Shown in pieces: positions 10,353 to 21,153 of a DNA stretch of 64,000 bases. How positions within the stretch are numbered: the first letter of the stretch is position 1; each line of letters begins with the position of its first letter. Below the pieces are notes generated by a model. It ran no database searches. It saw only the letters and a program-made list of their open reading frames with translations, and was not told the DNA's origin. Both the position numbers and the translations under genes were made by a program. Source of the stretch: Spirochaetota bacterium. GTDB lineage: Bacteria; Spirochaetota; UBA4802; UBA5550. Location: positions 1,568,001-1,632,000 of the forward strand of contig OY760686.1 of assembly GCA_963663865.1 (NCBI GenBank), written 5' to 3'.

Positions 10353-10990
10353 TTGAAGACAGGGGGATTGTCTCGTCTGTTAGAAAAAAGGGAGCTGGTA
10401 TTGAACTCAGGGTTAACTCTGCAATAGTAACCATGGATTCAAAAACAGGCGATTCTGTTTCAATAAACGGTGCGTGTCAGACAATCGAAGAAATTTCCGG
10501 AGCGGAATTTTCTGTTTTTGTTTCGTCAGTGACTGCCTCAGTAACAACGCTCAGCTCATTTAAAGCGGGATCAAAGGTGAATTTGGAGCGGGCGATGAGA
10601 ATTGATTCACGTTTCGGCGGGCATATCGTGCAGGGCCATGTCGATGGCACAGGAGTTATAAGGGAAATCAGAAAGGATCCTTCCGGCGCTTATTTCAGAA
10701 TATCATCAAAAGCTGAAATAATGCGATATATTATCAACAAAGGCTCAGTTTGCGTTAACGGGATTTCTCTGACTGTCGTGTTAACTGAAAATGATTATTT
10801 TGATCTTTACATCATACCTGAAACACTGAGGGCAACGACTGCCGGTGAATGGGTTCCTGGTGAAGAAGTAAATATTGAGTGCGATGTTCTTGCTAAATAT
10901 GTTGAAAAACTTTTTGGAGCTGAAAAAACATCCGATAACGGGAGAGGCCTTGAGTCAATACTCAGAGATGAGGGGTATATTTCACGCTGA
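10337..10990 (+). CDS. ribE: Riboflavin synthase (alpha chain)
   Basis: MFTGIVE N-terminus, VNLERA, GGHIVQGHVDG. Confidence 0.95.
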   Translation: MFTGIVEDRGIVSSVRKKGAGIELRVNSAIVTMDSKTGDSVSINGACQTIEEISGAEFSVFVSSVTASVTTLSSFKAGSKVNLERAMRIDSRFGGHIVQGHVDGTGVIREIRKDPSGAYFRISSKAEIMRYIINKGSVCVNGISLTVVLTENDYFDLYIIPETLRATTAGEWVPGEEVNIECDVLAKYVEKLFGAEKTSDNGRGLESILRDEGYISR

Positions 10991-10996
10991 ACAGGT

Positions 10997-11896
10997 TTAG
11001 ATTGACTCCCACAGGTTTCTTGATTCAATTATCGTGAAGAATTTTTTTTCGAATGAATCTACTTCTTTATAATTTGGTGTATCTGGATTCCCTCTGAAAA
11101 GTACCGTATACTTGCCGATGTACTTGACCGCCCTTGACAGCTGATGCTTTTTTATTGATTTGAGTATCTCGTGATATATAACAACAGCGGTTGAATTGTA
11201 TATTTCGGATTTCAACTCCGCGGAATCTTTGCTGATTTGCTGAAATACCCTGTCAATTTCATAGTGCCGGTCAGGGGTTGAAGGATCAGAAAATTTGAGG
11301 AGGTAACGCATAACAGCCTTCTTGAATTCGTGTGAACCAGGTGACGATGCAAGCTTAATCAAATCTTCAACTGTCTTTGCGGATTCGGTACGGAGTTCCC
11401 TGTCAAGCCTCTCCCTGTATTCACGGGCCTCTATCATCTTCTTGACTTCAAGCGTATCTATGGCGGCCATATCATCGGCAAATTTGCGGTTAAGAAGTTT
11501 AAACTCCCTGTTTGAGTATTCCATGAATGGCCTGTTGAGTATATTAACAAACTCAATGGCTTCCTGTGAGGACGCCGTCCCGCGGTCAGCTTTCATGCCC
11601 CGCAAAAATCTTAATGCGAGTGAACCGGGAATAGTGAGATTTAATTGTGAGGGCTCAACAGCTCTCAGCAGGGCCATCTTATAGAGAAGAGGGAGGCGTT
11701 TTGTCTGCTTGATTTCAGCCTCATCAATAAGCCGGGACAGCTCCTCAAGACTTTCAACTGGAATACGGATAGACCAGGCTGACAGCGGTTTAATGAAAAA
11801 ATCAATGTAATCGTTCCGTCCCTTTTCTGCGAGACTCTTAATTATTCTTGAGTAGTGATCAATAAGCGGGAGATGAATAATCTGGATTTTGTTCAT
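10997..11896 (-). CDS. Hypothetical helical protein
   Basis: 299-aa ORF 3 bp downstream of the oxidoreductase gene; no recognised motif. Confidence 0.7.
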   Translation of the reverse strand: MNKIQIIHLPLIDHYSRIIKSLAEKGRNDYIDFFIKPLSAWSIRIPVESLEELSRLIDEAEIKQTKRLPLLYKMALLRAVEPSQLNLTIPGSLALRFLRGMKADRGTASSQEAIEFVNILNRPFMEYSNREFKLLNRKFADDMAAIDTLEVKKMIEAREYRERLDRELRTESAKTVEDLIKLASSPGSHEFKKAVMRYLLKFSDPSTPDRHYEIDRVFQQISKDSAELKSEIYNSTAVVIYHEILKSIKKHQLSRAVKYIGKYTVLFRGNPDTPNYKEVDSFEKKFFTIIESRNLWESI

Positions 11897-11899
11897 ATG

Positions 11900-12982
11900 C
11901 TAAATTCCAAATATTTTCCCAAGTTTGACTCTGCGCGGATGAACAGGGAGCTTTATCTCTTTTCCGCCCAATGAGGATGACAGGTAAACCGCGTGAACAG
12001 CTTCAAGCGCTCTGTAACCGTCAATACCATTGAACTCACTACAGTAATCTCCTGAAAGCAGAGTGGATGCAACGTCGTAAAGTTTTGTAAAACAGCTTTC
12101 GGAGCTGAAGTCAGGGAACTTAACTTCACTGAGATCATTGAAGCCGCTGTAATATTTTGACTTATCTTTCAAAAAAAGCCTGTTAATGCCGTTTCCGACA
12201 ACAAGCCTCCCGGATTCAGCTGAAATATCAAGCTCGAAGTGAAAGTACTTTCGGCTTCCGCCCGCTTCGAGAAAGACGTCCTGGCCGCTAGACGTCTTCA
12301 GCCAGGCGAGGGCACTGTCTTCGTAGCCGGTATTGCGCGAATCCCTCCGGATTTCTCCTCGCAGTGAAGCAATATCCCCCAGAAGGAACCGGATGAGATC
12401 GAGCATGTGAGTGCCGTCGTGGAGCAGGGGGCCACCACCTTCACTTATATCGGAATTGCCGCGATAGGGTCCTGTCAGGATTGACGCGTGTGCTGTACGA
12501 ACCTGTCCTATTAGCCCGTCACCTAATATTTTTAACCCCTCATTGTAAGCGGGCGCGAATCTGCGTTCGTGATTCACTATAAGCATGACGGCGTTATCTT
12601 TACATGCTTTGATTATGCGCTTAGCCGATTTCAGGCTATGGGATATCGGCTTTTCAAGAATAATAAGCTTTGCGCCGGATTCGGCGGCCTTAACTGCAAT
12701 TTGTGCGTGGGTGTCGGTTGGTGTCGCAATAATAACAAGATGAGGTTTAACGTTTTGAAAAAAAACAACATAATCGGTAAAACAGGAGTCGGAAGAGATG
12801 CCCGCTGTTTGTGCAAAACGGCTGAGGCGTTCAGAGTTGATGTCAACTGCGTGAGTTATTGAAATGCCATTTGCCCTGCATCCTCCAAAGTGGGTACAGG
12901 GTTTATTTCTTAACGGATCATCTTCAAGCAGGAACCCGATTCTTCCGCATCCTATTAGAGCTGTTACTGGAAATGGAGCCAT
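11900..12982 (-). CDS. Gfo/Idh/MocA-family oxidoreductase
   Basis: IGCGRIG Rossmann motif, IATP..TH, EKP, GGPLLHDGTHMLD. Confidence 0.9.
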   Translation of the reverse strand: MAPFPVTALIGCGRIGFLLEDDPLRNKPCTHFGGCRANGISITHAVDINSERLSRFAQTAGISSDSCFTDYVVFFQNVKPHLVIIATPTDTHAQIAVKAAESGAKLIILEKPISHSLKSAKRIIKACKDNAVMLIVNHERRFAPAYNEGLKILGDGLIGQVRTAHASILTGPYRGNSDISEGGGPLLHDGTHMLDLIRFLLGDIASLRGEIRRDSRNTGYEDSALAWLKTSSGQDVFLEAGGSRKYFHFELDISAESGRLVVGNGINRLFLKDKSKYYSGFNDLSEVKFPDFSSESCFTKLYDVASTLLSGDYCSEFNGIDGYRALEAVHAVYLSSSLGGKEIKLPVHPRRVKLGKIFGI

Positions 12983-12987
12983 TATTC

Positions 12988-14289
12988 TCAGAGTATGGGG
13001 AGGTATTCATTAATTTCAAAATCAGTTATGTATCTGCTGAATTTCTTCAGCTCGTATTCCTTGTTTTCCAGAAACTTTGACTGAATATGGGAGCCGAGAG
13101 TCGACTTGATCAGTTCGCTCGACTCAAATTCACGGAGCGCATCCTGAAGCTGGCAGGGAAGCGGCACAAACGCGTTTTTGTTTTTAGCGGTATCAAGAGA
13201 CTCGGGTATTGTGTACTTGTTCTCAATGCCCTTTAAGCCTGCTGCCAGAATGGTGGAAAAAACCAGATAAGGATTGCACGAAGGATCGGGGCTTCGAAGT
13301 TCAATCCTCATTGACGAAGGTTTGTCTGCAGGGCAGTTCGGCACCCTGACCATAGCTTCCTGACTTCTCACACCCCATGTGGCATGTGTCGGCGATTCAA
13401 ATCCTTCGACAGTCCTCTTGTATGAATTGATCCACTGGTTTGTAAGGGCAGTGTACTCTCGGCTGTGAGCAAGAAGTCCAGCGATAAAGTATCTGGCGTT
13501 TTCTGAAAGATTGTTTTCCTTTGACGAATCAAAAAAAGTATTCTTATCTTCACTAAAAAGCGACTGATGGATGTGAAGGCCGGAGCCGTTCTGGTCAGCA
13601 AGGGGTTTTGGCATAAAGGAAGCGTAAATGTCATTGAGCTGGCCTATTTCCTTGGCTATAAGCCGAAATGACATAATATTATCGGCTGTCGCGAGGGCGT
13701 TATCGTGTCTGAGGTCAATTTCATGCTGGCTTGGGGATCCCTCATGATGCGATGAAATCACACCTATGCCCATATCCTCAAGGGTAAGAACAGTCTGTCT
13801 TCTGTAGTCGGCTGCTGAATCAAGCGGAGTAAGGTCAAAGTATCCGCCTCTGTCGAGTATCTCAGGGGATTTAGAATTTTTGAAAAAAAAGAATTCTATT
13901 TCAGGTCCGGTATAAAAAGTAAGTCCAGCTTCAGCGGCTTTAAGTAGATTTTTTTTAAGGATATAACGGGAGTCTCCTTCAAAGGGCTTGCCGTCAACTG
14001 TATGGATGTCACAGAATAGCCTTGCCACGGAATTGTCCCTGGGGCGCCATGGCAATATGGCGAAAGTTGCTGGGTCGGGCACCGCAAGCATTTCACGCTC
14101 CTCTGTGCGAATAAATCCGTCAAGCGTGGATCCGTCAAAACGTACTCCCTCTTCAAGTGCGTCCTCAAGTTCATCAAGTGTTATAGCGAAGCTTTTCAAA
14201 AAGCCCAGAATGTCAGTAAACCAGAGCCGGATGAACTTAACTCTGTTTTCGTGTGCCATTTTTAGTATATATTCTTTATCGGGTTTCAT
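12988..14289 (-). CDS. glnA: Glutamine synthetase type I family protein
   Basis: FDGS, GPEIEFF, HHE...QHEI, FMPKP...NGSGLHIHQSL, RIELRSPD; the NRS motif is altered. Confidence 0.85.
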   Translation of the reverse strand: MKPDKEYILKMAHENRVKFIRLWFTDILGFLKSFAITLDELEDALEEGVRFDGSTLDGFIRTEEREMLAVPDPATFAILPWRPRDNSVARLFCDIHTVDGKPFEGDSRYILKKNLLKAAEAGLTFYTGPEIEFFFFKNSKSPEILDRGGYFDLTPLDSAADYRRQTVLTLEDMGIGVISSHHEGSPSQHEIDLRHDNALATADNIMSFRLIAKEIGQLNDIYASFMPKPLADQNGSGLHIHQSLFSEDKNTFFDSSKENNLSENARYFIAGLLAHSREYTALTNQWINSYKRTVEGFESPTHATWGVRSQEAMVRVPNCPADKPSSMRIELRSPDPSCNPYLVFSTILAAGLKGIENKYTIPESLDTAKNKNAFVPLPCQLQDALREFESSELIKSTLGSHIQSKFLENKEYELKKFSRYITDFEINEYLPIL

Positions 14290-14328
14290 ATGTGTATAAG
14301 TCCTCCACGTTAGTCGCTTGTATTGTAT

Positions 14329-15300
14329 TTACCAGCTGAAGAAAATGAGTATTGAAAAAATAGTTAATGCTATAAACGCAATAAGAAGCAGATATAAAGA
14401 AAGCTTTGATGAAGAAGCTGTTGATTTTTCTGTTTTTTTAGGCTGTCCATTTTTATGTCTGAAAGAATCAATGTCGGGGTTGTACATTCTAAGTTTGACC
14501 TGCTTCTCTTCCTCAATCAGCTTTCCGTAAATATTTCGGCCGATCCTGGTCAATATCTCTACCGGTTCATTCTTGCCTTTTCCCGCCTTGATATCAATTA
14601 CCTCTGACGGAACCGGTTTTATCTCTCGGTCTTCACGAAGCTGCATGAGATCAATATAGTAGTTCTGACGCTCAGAGTTAGGGGTGACTCTGGTCATAAT
14701 TACATCTCCTACTTTCAACTCATAGATGGGTTTGCCCTTAACAGGTGAAAGTATGGGTTTTGTGATAAGTACGACAGCGTCTTTGCCTAACTGGGAGTTT
14801 GATTCTGCTGACGGCTCATTCTTCTCAACCGGTTTGCTTCTTTTTTTCATCACATCAGCGTATTCCGCAGGAGTTATCTCCTGGATTACTGACTCAAGCA
14901 CAAGGTTCTTTTCATGCATTATGCGGCTCACCAGGTCGAAGAGTGCTATATCGACTTTATCGTAGTCGTAGGAAGTAACGCTTTTGTAGAATCTCTGAGC
15001 CGTGTTGTAATCATCTGCCATGTCTGTAAGCTGGCTCATAAGGGTTGTAGTCAGATTGTTGTTAAAGTGGCCTTTCCACTTAAGATCAGCAATAAATTCC
15101 TGATATCTGTCCCAGCCGGTGTGAAGTTCCAGGTCGTAAGCGTCAGAGTAAGTGGATATAACCCCATTGAAGTTTTCAAATTTTTCCGAATTATTAAACA
15201 TTATGATAAGCTGGCCGTAAAGATTCATGGGGATTGATTTGAATCTGGCCTTTACCGCAAGCAGGTTACCGTCACTTACTGTTTCATATTCTGTATTCAT
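14329..15300 (-). CDS. Hypothetical protein with C-terminal TM anchor
   Basis: 323-aa ORF ending in a hydrophobic helix. Confidence 0.7.
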   Translation of the reverse strand: MNTEYETVSDGNLLAVKARFKSIPMNLYGQLIIMFNNSEKFENFNGVISTYSDAYDLELHTGWDRYQEFIADLKWKGHFNNNLTTTLMSQLTDMADDYNTAQRFYKSVTSYDYDKVDIALFDLVSRIMHEKNLVLESVIQEITPAEYADVMKKRSKPVEKNEPSAESNSQLGKDAVVLITKPILSPVKGKPIYELKVGDVIMTRVTPNSERQNYYIDLMQLREDREIKPVPSEVIDIKAGKGKNEPVEILTRIGRNIYGKLIEEEKQVKLRMYNPDIDSFRHKNGQPKKTEKSTASSSKLSLYLLLIAFIALTIFSILIFFSW

Positions 15301-15450
15301 GTCAAACCGCTTCAGCCTTGAATTAACTTTACTGCTTCATCAAGTAATCCTAAAGTCCTGAAGTGTATGTGTCAATATAAAAAAAAACGGTAATAATGAG
15401 GCTTGAGCATAAAATGTTGATGACAATTAGATATTATTTTTCGATAAATT

Positions 15451-16617
15451 ATGTATCGGGGTAATAAAATGAAACTGAACAGGCTAAAAAAAGTAATCGG
15501 CATTTTCATTATAATGATAACCGCAATGCCGGTATTTTCTTTTACCGATCAGACAACATCTGAAAGGATAATTTCTGAAAACAGGGATTTTATCGAGTTT
15601 ATAAATATATGTGTTTCCAACATAGTCCCTGAAAAATCAGATGAGCTTAAGGCAGTATATCAAAAGCATTTCAATGCCGAGGTCGCTTACATGCAGTCTG
15701 ATTACAGAAGGACATTTAAAAGGGTCTATTCATCTCAGGGTGAGCTGGCTGCAATGTATGAAGAACTTCTTAGAGACAAGTATATGGAAGATTCAAAGCG
15801 GATTCTTGACAGCTATGCCCCGGAGATTATCAGATCGAAAAATCCAAGGGCAAGGCTTTATCTATCACTTGGCTACAGAGACAGAACCGTTGCTTCAACT
15901 CATTTTACTGTTGGCGAAGCTTCAAATCCAAGGCTGTTTTCCTATAAGCTTCATAAATTTCGCGAGGGTATCAAAATGGCGAGAAGAGCTAAAAGATACG
16001 CCTTTATTGGGCTTTTCGAAAGCCAGAAGCCTGAGGACAAGAGAAAGATATATGAAAACCTTTTAAAAACTGAAAATGAGAGCGGAAATCCCTTCTATGC
16101 CCGTTTTGCAGGAAAGACCGGAGACCAGCTAATTGATGAGATTAATATTTCATTTGAGGATAATGAACACCGGGAGAAGGGGCAGGCTGTAAAGGACCAG
16201 GCATACGAGAACAAGCTTGTGAAGCGGGTGCGTTTCAGAAAGGAGTCCAGGGCCGCAAGGTACATGCTTGACAACGATTTTGACCAATGTGAAGATATTC
16301 TGAGGGAATATATTGATGATTTTAACTTCAAACTTATTCTTTCAACCATATCAACTGTTTACGGAAGTGATACGGGAACTGCCGGGAAAACTGAAGATAT
16401 GAAGCTTCAGCATCTTGATAATTACGGAAGGCTGAAGGGCCAATCTGTTATTGACGGGTTTACATCTGATCTGAAAGTTGAAGATGACATGAAGATTGAG
16501 AAGAAAAACGATGATGCTGCTGCTGATTCGAGTAAGCCTGCCCAGGGCGGGCAGGATGCGGAGCCTGAGGCGGCGGATGATAAGAAGACCTCTGAGGATG
16601 GGAATTCACAGAAATGA
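15451..16617 (+). CDS. Exported helical protein resembling the Leptospira OmpL37 family (start may be 15469)
   Basis: Signal peptide; ENRDFIEFINICVSN and ARLYLSLGYRD segments recalled as OmpL37-like (not searched). Confidence 0.55.
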   Translation: MYRGNKMKLNRLKKVIGIFIIMITAMPVFSFTDQTTSERIISENRDFIEFINICVSNIVPEKSDELKAVYQKHFNAEVAYMQSDYRRTFKRVYSSQGELAAMYEELLRDKYMEDSKRILDSYAPEIIRSKNPRARLYLSLGYRDRTVASTHFTVGEASNPRLFSYKLHKFREGIKMARRAKRYAFIGLFESQKPEDKRKIYENLLKTENESGNPFYARFAGKTGDQLIDEINISFEDNEHREKGQAVKDQAYENKLVKRVRFRKESRAARYMLDNDFDQCEDILREYIDDFNFKLILSTISTVYGSDTGTAGKTEDMKLQHLDNYGRLKGQSVIDGFTSDLKVEDDMKIEKKNDDAAADSSKPAQGGQDAEPEAADDKKTSEDGNSQK

Positions 16618-16836
16618 ACAGTGTATTCAAAAAATTAAGCCTGTTAAAAAATGCCGGTCATAAACTCGTTATCGGATACTCGATTTTCTTTGCCTTTCTT
16701 ATTTTTCTGGATATACTCTATTGGATTTTTAACTGAAATATTGTTTTCTTGTTTAATGATAATTGTAAGCAGCTTTACGAATATTTAAGTTTTCAGTGGT
16801 TGTTTCTATATTGGAAGAATGTATGGGATTTATAAT

Positions 16837-16868
16837 AAAAAAACCGGCCATATAAGGCCGGTTTTTTT
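16837..16868. terminator. Bidirectional intrinsic terminator
   Basis: A7-CCGGCC-ATATAA-GGCCGG-T7 between convergent genes. Confidence 0.85.
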
Positions 16869-16877
16869 CAAGCTGTT

Positions 16878-17960
<1,083 letters not shown>

Positions 17961-18087
17961 TTACTGACCTGATTAAACATTCAGCTCAATGTGCCTATTT
18001 AATATACGATATCCGCATATATTTCAATTATTTTTTGTAAGAGTAATTCGTCAATAATTTTATATTTTGGTATATAAACACTGTTGT

Positions 18088-18666
18088 TCAAATTAATTTT
18101 TCCTTAATATTGTAACGCCACAGCTCAACGAGTTTATTAAACTGTCTGTCTTCGGGATCATTTACAAGGGCTTTGTTTCTTCTTTTGATAAGGTAGTTCA
18201 CTGTTGCGTCTTCAAGAAGGACCTTCTCTGACAGCTCATTGAGCTTAATTATGCAGTAGTTTAGATTGTAGGTCTGAAAGTCTCCGATGTGGCGGGATGA
18301 GGCTATGGTGGGCTCATACTTGAGAAGAAGTTCTGTAAAGTAAACAGACTGCCGCCAGGCCTCAGTGCTCCCTGAAAGGCCGTCTTTAAAGAGCAGGCTC
18401 TGTTTCTCAAAAAGCTCCATGTTCTTGTAATATGAATCATAGATGGGTTTGATGAGTTCAGGAAAATTGTTTTGAACCTCCATAAGGTCTATAGGTTCGT
18501 TGATTCCTTTGAAGTAGGAAAATATCTCTGCACTTTTTTCGCCTGATGGCTCAACAGGAACCAGCTCAATGGCGAGATCTTTGATTATGGTTCGTATTTT
18601 GCCTATCTTTTTGAGATAGACCTCAATTTCTACCGGTTCGATGTAGTAGTGTTTTTTTTTGTCCAT
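18088..18666 (-). CDS. Hypothetical protein
   Basis: 192-aa ORF overlapping the end of the LysM gene. Confidence 0.7.
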   Translation of the reverse strand: MDKKKHYYIEPVEIEVYLKKIGKIRTIIKDLAIELVPVEPSGEKSAEIFSYFKGINEPIDLMEVQNNFPELIKPIYDSYYKNMELFEKQSLLFKDGLSGSTEAWRQSVYFTELLLKYEPTIASSRHIGDFQTYNLNYCIIKLNELSEKVLLEDATVNYLIKRRNKALVNDPEDRQFNKLVELWRYNIKEKLI

Positions 18667-20924
18667 TCCAGTATCTTGGCTAATAGTTTTTGCTGTGTAT
18701 CTGTAAAGGCGATTAGCTCGTCTTCATGAACATGAAATGAGCTGTCTTTGCCGCTGTTAAGCTTTGTGAAAATGCCGTAAAGTCGAAGATCTGAGTAAAT
18801 AAGTCTGTCGCGGGATATCGACCAAAGGGTGTCGCCGGGTTGAACGGTAATTTTGCTGTTGTCAGGCATTTTGAGCACATTGGCTGGATATATCCAGTTT
18901 GGGTCCTTCCCCTGTTTCGAGATATCTGATAATTCAGCGTATCCGTTTGAGGCCGCTATTCTGTTGGCAATTCGATAGATGTCAACGGGGCTTATCTCTG
19001 ACCTGAAAGCATCAGGCAGGGCTTTGTAGTTTAGTTTCTCTGTTTCAGTTAGCGAAGGACGATGCGGTAGTGTTTCTCCTGGCTTGAGCCCTTTCTCTAC
19101 GGATTTTTCAGATAGCAGAAGTACTAATAGGGCCGGTATTGCAAATAATAATACTGCAGCAAAAAGAATTGAAGCCTTACTCCTCAACCATGAGGCAGGC
19201 AGTGAGGTTGTTTTGTTTACTGACCGGCGAGTTGCATCCTGGCCCCCACCCGGTAATGGCGAAGATTGAATGATTTTATTCAGTCGTTCGTGTTCTTCAC
19301 TCAGACGTATTATCTTGTTATCATAGTCGGAATTTTTAACCTGTCTGTCAAGCCGGGTGATGAGAAGCTTTAATCTCTCCCTGTCCCGGGCGATCAGTTC
19401 AGAGGCTGATGTGATTCTGTCGGATAATTCCATATGCTTCAGCAGATTAACCTCATCACGATGAGATTTGATAAACTCGTAGATCCTGGAGCCGTACCAC
19501 GAAAGTGTAATTTCAGAAACCAGGGGATGGAGGGATTCACTTGTTGCCAGATGTTTCGATATTTCCTGTAAAAGCCTTTTGTAGACCGCGAACCTGGCTC
19601 GGTCGGGAGTCGCATCCTGATGAAAGGAAATGAGGCTTTTCAGATTATAGTTAAAGGTTGTGTCTGCCGGAGTGCTTTCAATCATGCTCAGAATGGTTTC
19701 TTCATCGCCTTCGCTCACGAGCGAAGCAGATTGCAGCGGAAGATTGTGATGGAGGTGAATTTCTTCGCCTTTAGACAGTTTGACAGGGCAATACTTTATT
19801 CCCGGACGTAAAAGAGTTACCCCCGGCGAGAGCCTTTCTTGCGGGATTGAATCTCCATAGAGAACAACCTGAACGGGGGATCCTGAAAATAGCAGGGCAT
19901 TTGAAGAAAAAAGCTCATAAGATGTGATTACGGCGTCAGGATTACGGTGTACCGCGTTCTTGATAAGTTTGCTCTCATAAGCGAATATGATACGAATGAC
20001 GTTTTGAACCCTGCTTCCCTGAGAAGCAATAAGAAGTTCAAAGCCTCCTGGAAGAAAGTCCACGGTAACCCTGTCGATGCCGATACTGCGTGGAGGTTTG
20101 AGCTCCTTCAGCTTTTCATTTTGCTGCGTAAATGAACGCAGCCTGTTGCCCAGGTGGTGAACCTGAAGGGAGCATGCAGTGCCTTTCTGTCTCTGCCAGG
20201 TTGAAAGGGGGAATACACTGTAAACAGGTTGATTTTGCGGCAGCAATATATGCTCAATTCTGCTGGGATCGACGGGCGATGAAGCGAAAGCTTTAACGTC
20301 ATCATGCGGATATCCGGCTAATATGGTCCTGCCGGCGGATGTTATACTGAGGGAGTTCCCGATTACGGAGAGCGATATCCCCCCTTCGATTTCAGATGTC
20401 CGGTTGAGGCTGGAAATAATGTCAAAGCCCGAAAGCCGGGAAAATGAGGTCTTTTGGGCCTCGGACAGGTCGAGCAGTGGAACGCCGTTGCATAGCAGCT
20501 TGAAGTTGCCGTTTGGGCTGAATATCCCTGAAAATTGGCCGTCGCCGGGGACGTTCATGTTGCTGTTGATCTCAGGCAGATCGCTTTCCGTACTTACAGT
20601 CGCTTCGTTGACATGGGAAAATCCACAGTCACTTAGAGATGTGAAATAGAGGTCAAGCGCCTGCTTCGAGCCGAAATATCTGTTTTTTGAGGGTTCAACG
20701 GAGTCGATGTTGAACAGTTCAGCCTGCGGGGATGCACAGACAGTTTCGCTCAGTACAATACAGTCTATGAGGGGTATGACTTCGCGCGGCAGAGCATGAG
20801 AGCTGCCTAATCTTATGAATGGACGCTGTTCAGCGCAACCGCTGCCTGTGTAGATGATGAAGCAGTCATGGTCTATGATGAACACCCTGTCACTTTCCGT
20901 ATGCAAAGCGTGATCTGCTGTCAT
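18630..20924 (-). CDS. Large membrane-anchored protein with C-terminal LysM-like domain
   Basis: Single TM helix near residue 590; DPNWIYPANVLKMP and ITVQPGDTLWSIS LysM half-motifs. Confidence 0.75.
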   Translation of the reverse strand: MTADHALHTESDRVFIIDHDCFIIYTGSGCAEQRPFIRLGSSHALPREVIPLIDCIVLSETVCASPQAELFNIDSVEPSKNRYFGSKQALDLYFTSLSDCGFSHVNEATVSTESDLPEINSNMNVPGDGQFSGIFSPNGNFKLLCNGVPLLDLSEAQKTSFSRLSGFDIISSLNRTSEIEGGISLSVIGNSLSITSAGRTILAGYPHDDVKAFASSPVDPSRIEHILLPQNQPVYSVFPLSTWQRQKGTACSLQVHHLGNRLRSFTQQNEKLKELKPPRSIGIDRVTVDFLPGGFELLIASQGSRVQNVIRIIFAYESKLIKNAVHRNPDAVITSYELFSSNALLFSGSPVQVVLYGDSIPQERLSPGVTLLRPGIKYCPVKLSKGEEIHLHHNLPLQSASLVSEGDEETILSMIESTPADTTFNYNLKSLISFHQDATPDRARFAVYKRLLQEISKHLATSESLHPLVSEITLSWYGSRIYEFIKSHRDEVNLLKHMELSDRITSASELIARDRERLKLLITRLDRQVKNSDYDNKIIRLSEEHERLNKIIQSSPLPGGGQDATRRSVNKTTSLPASWLRSKASILFAAVLLFAIPALLVLLLSEKSVEKGLKPGETLPHRPSLTETEKLNYKALPDAFRSEISPVDIYRIANRIAASNGYAELSDISKQGKDPNWIYPANVLKMPDNSKITVQPGDTLWSISRDRLIYSDLRLYGIFTKLNSGKDSSFHVHEDELIAFTDTQQKLLAKILEWTKKNTTTSNR

Positions 20925-21153
20925 ATTATATTAAACCGATACTTGTGATTAAACTCAGTCTGGTTGATTCGTATTCATCTTTAATATCTGTTTAAATGAA
21001 TGCAATAACAATTTTCTTGCGACTTGCCGATGGATGGAGCCTTAACTCGCTATGTCGGCTTGCCGATACTGTATAAACGGGGTATTATTGTATTGACAGA
21101 GCATTAATCTGACGGCATTGTCTTAGAGCAATTTTAAATAATAACAGGGAATA

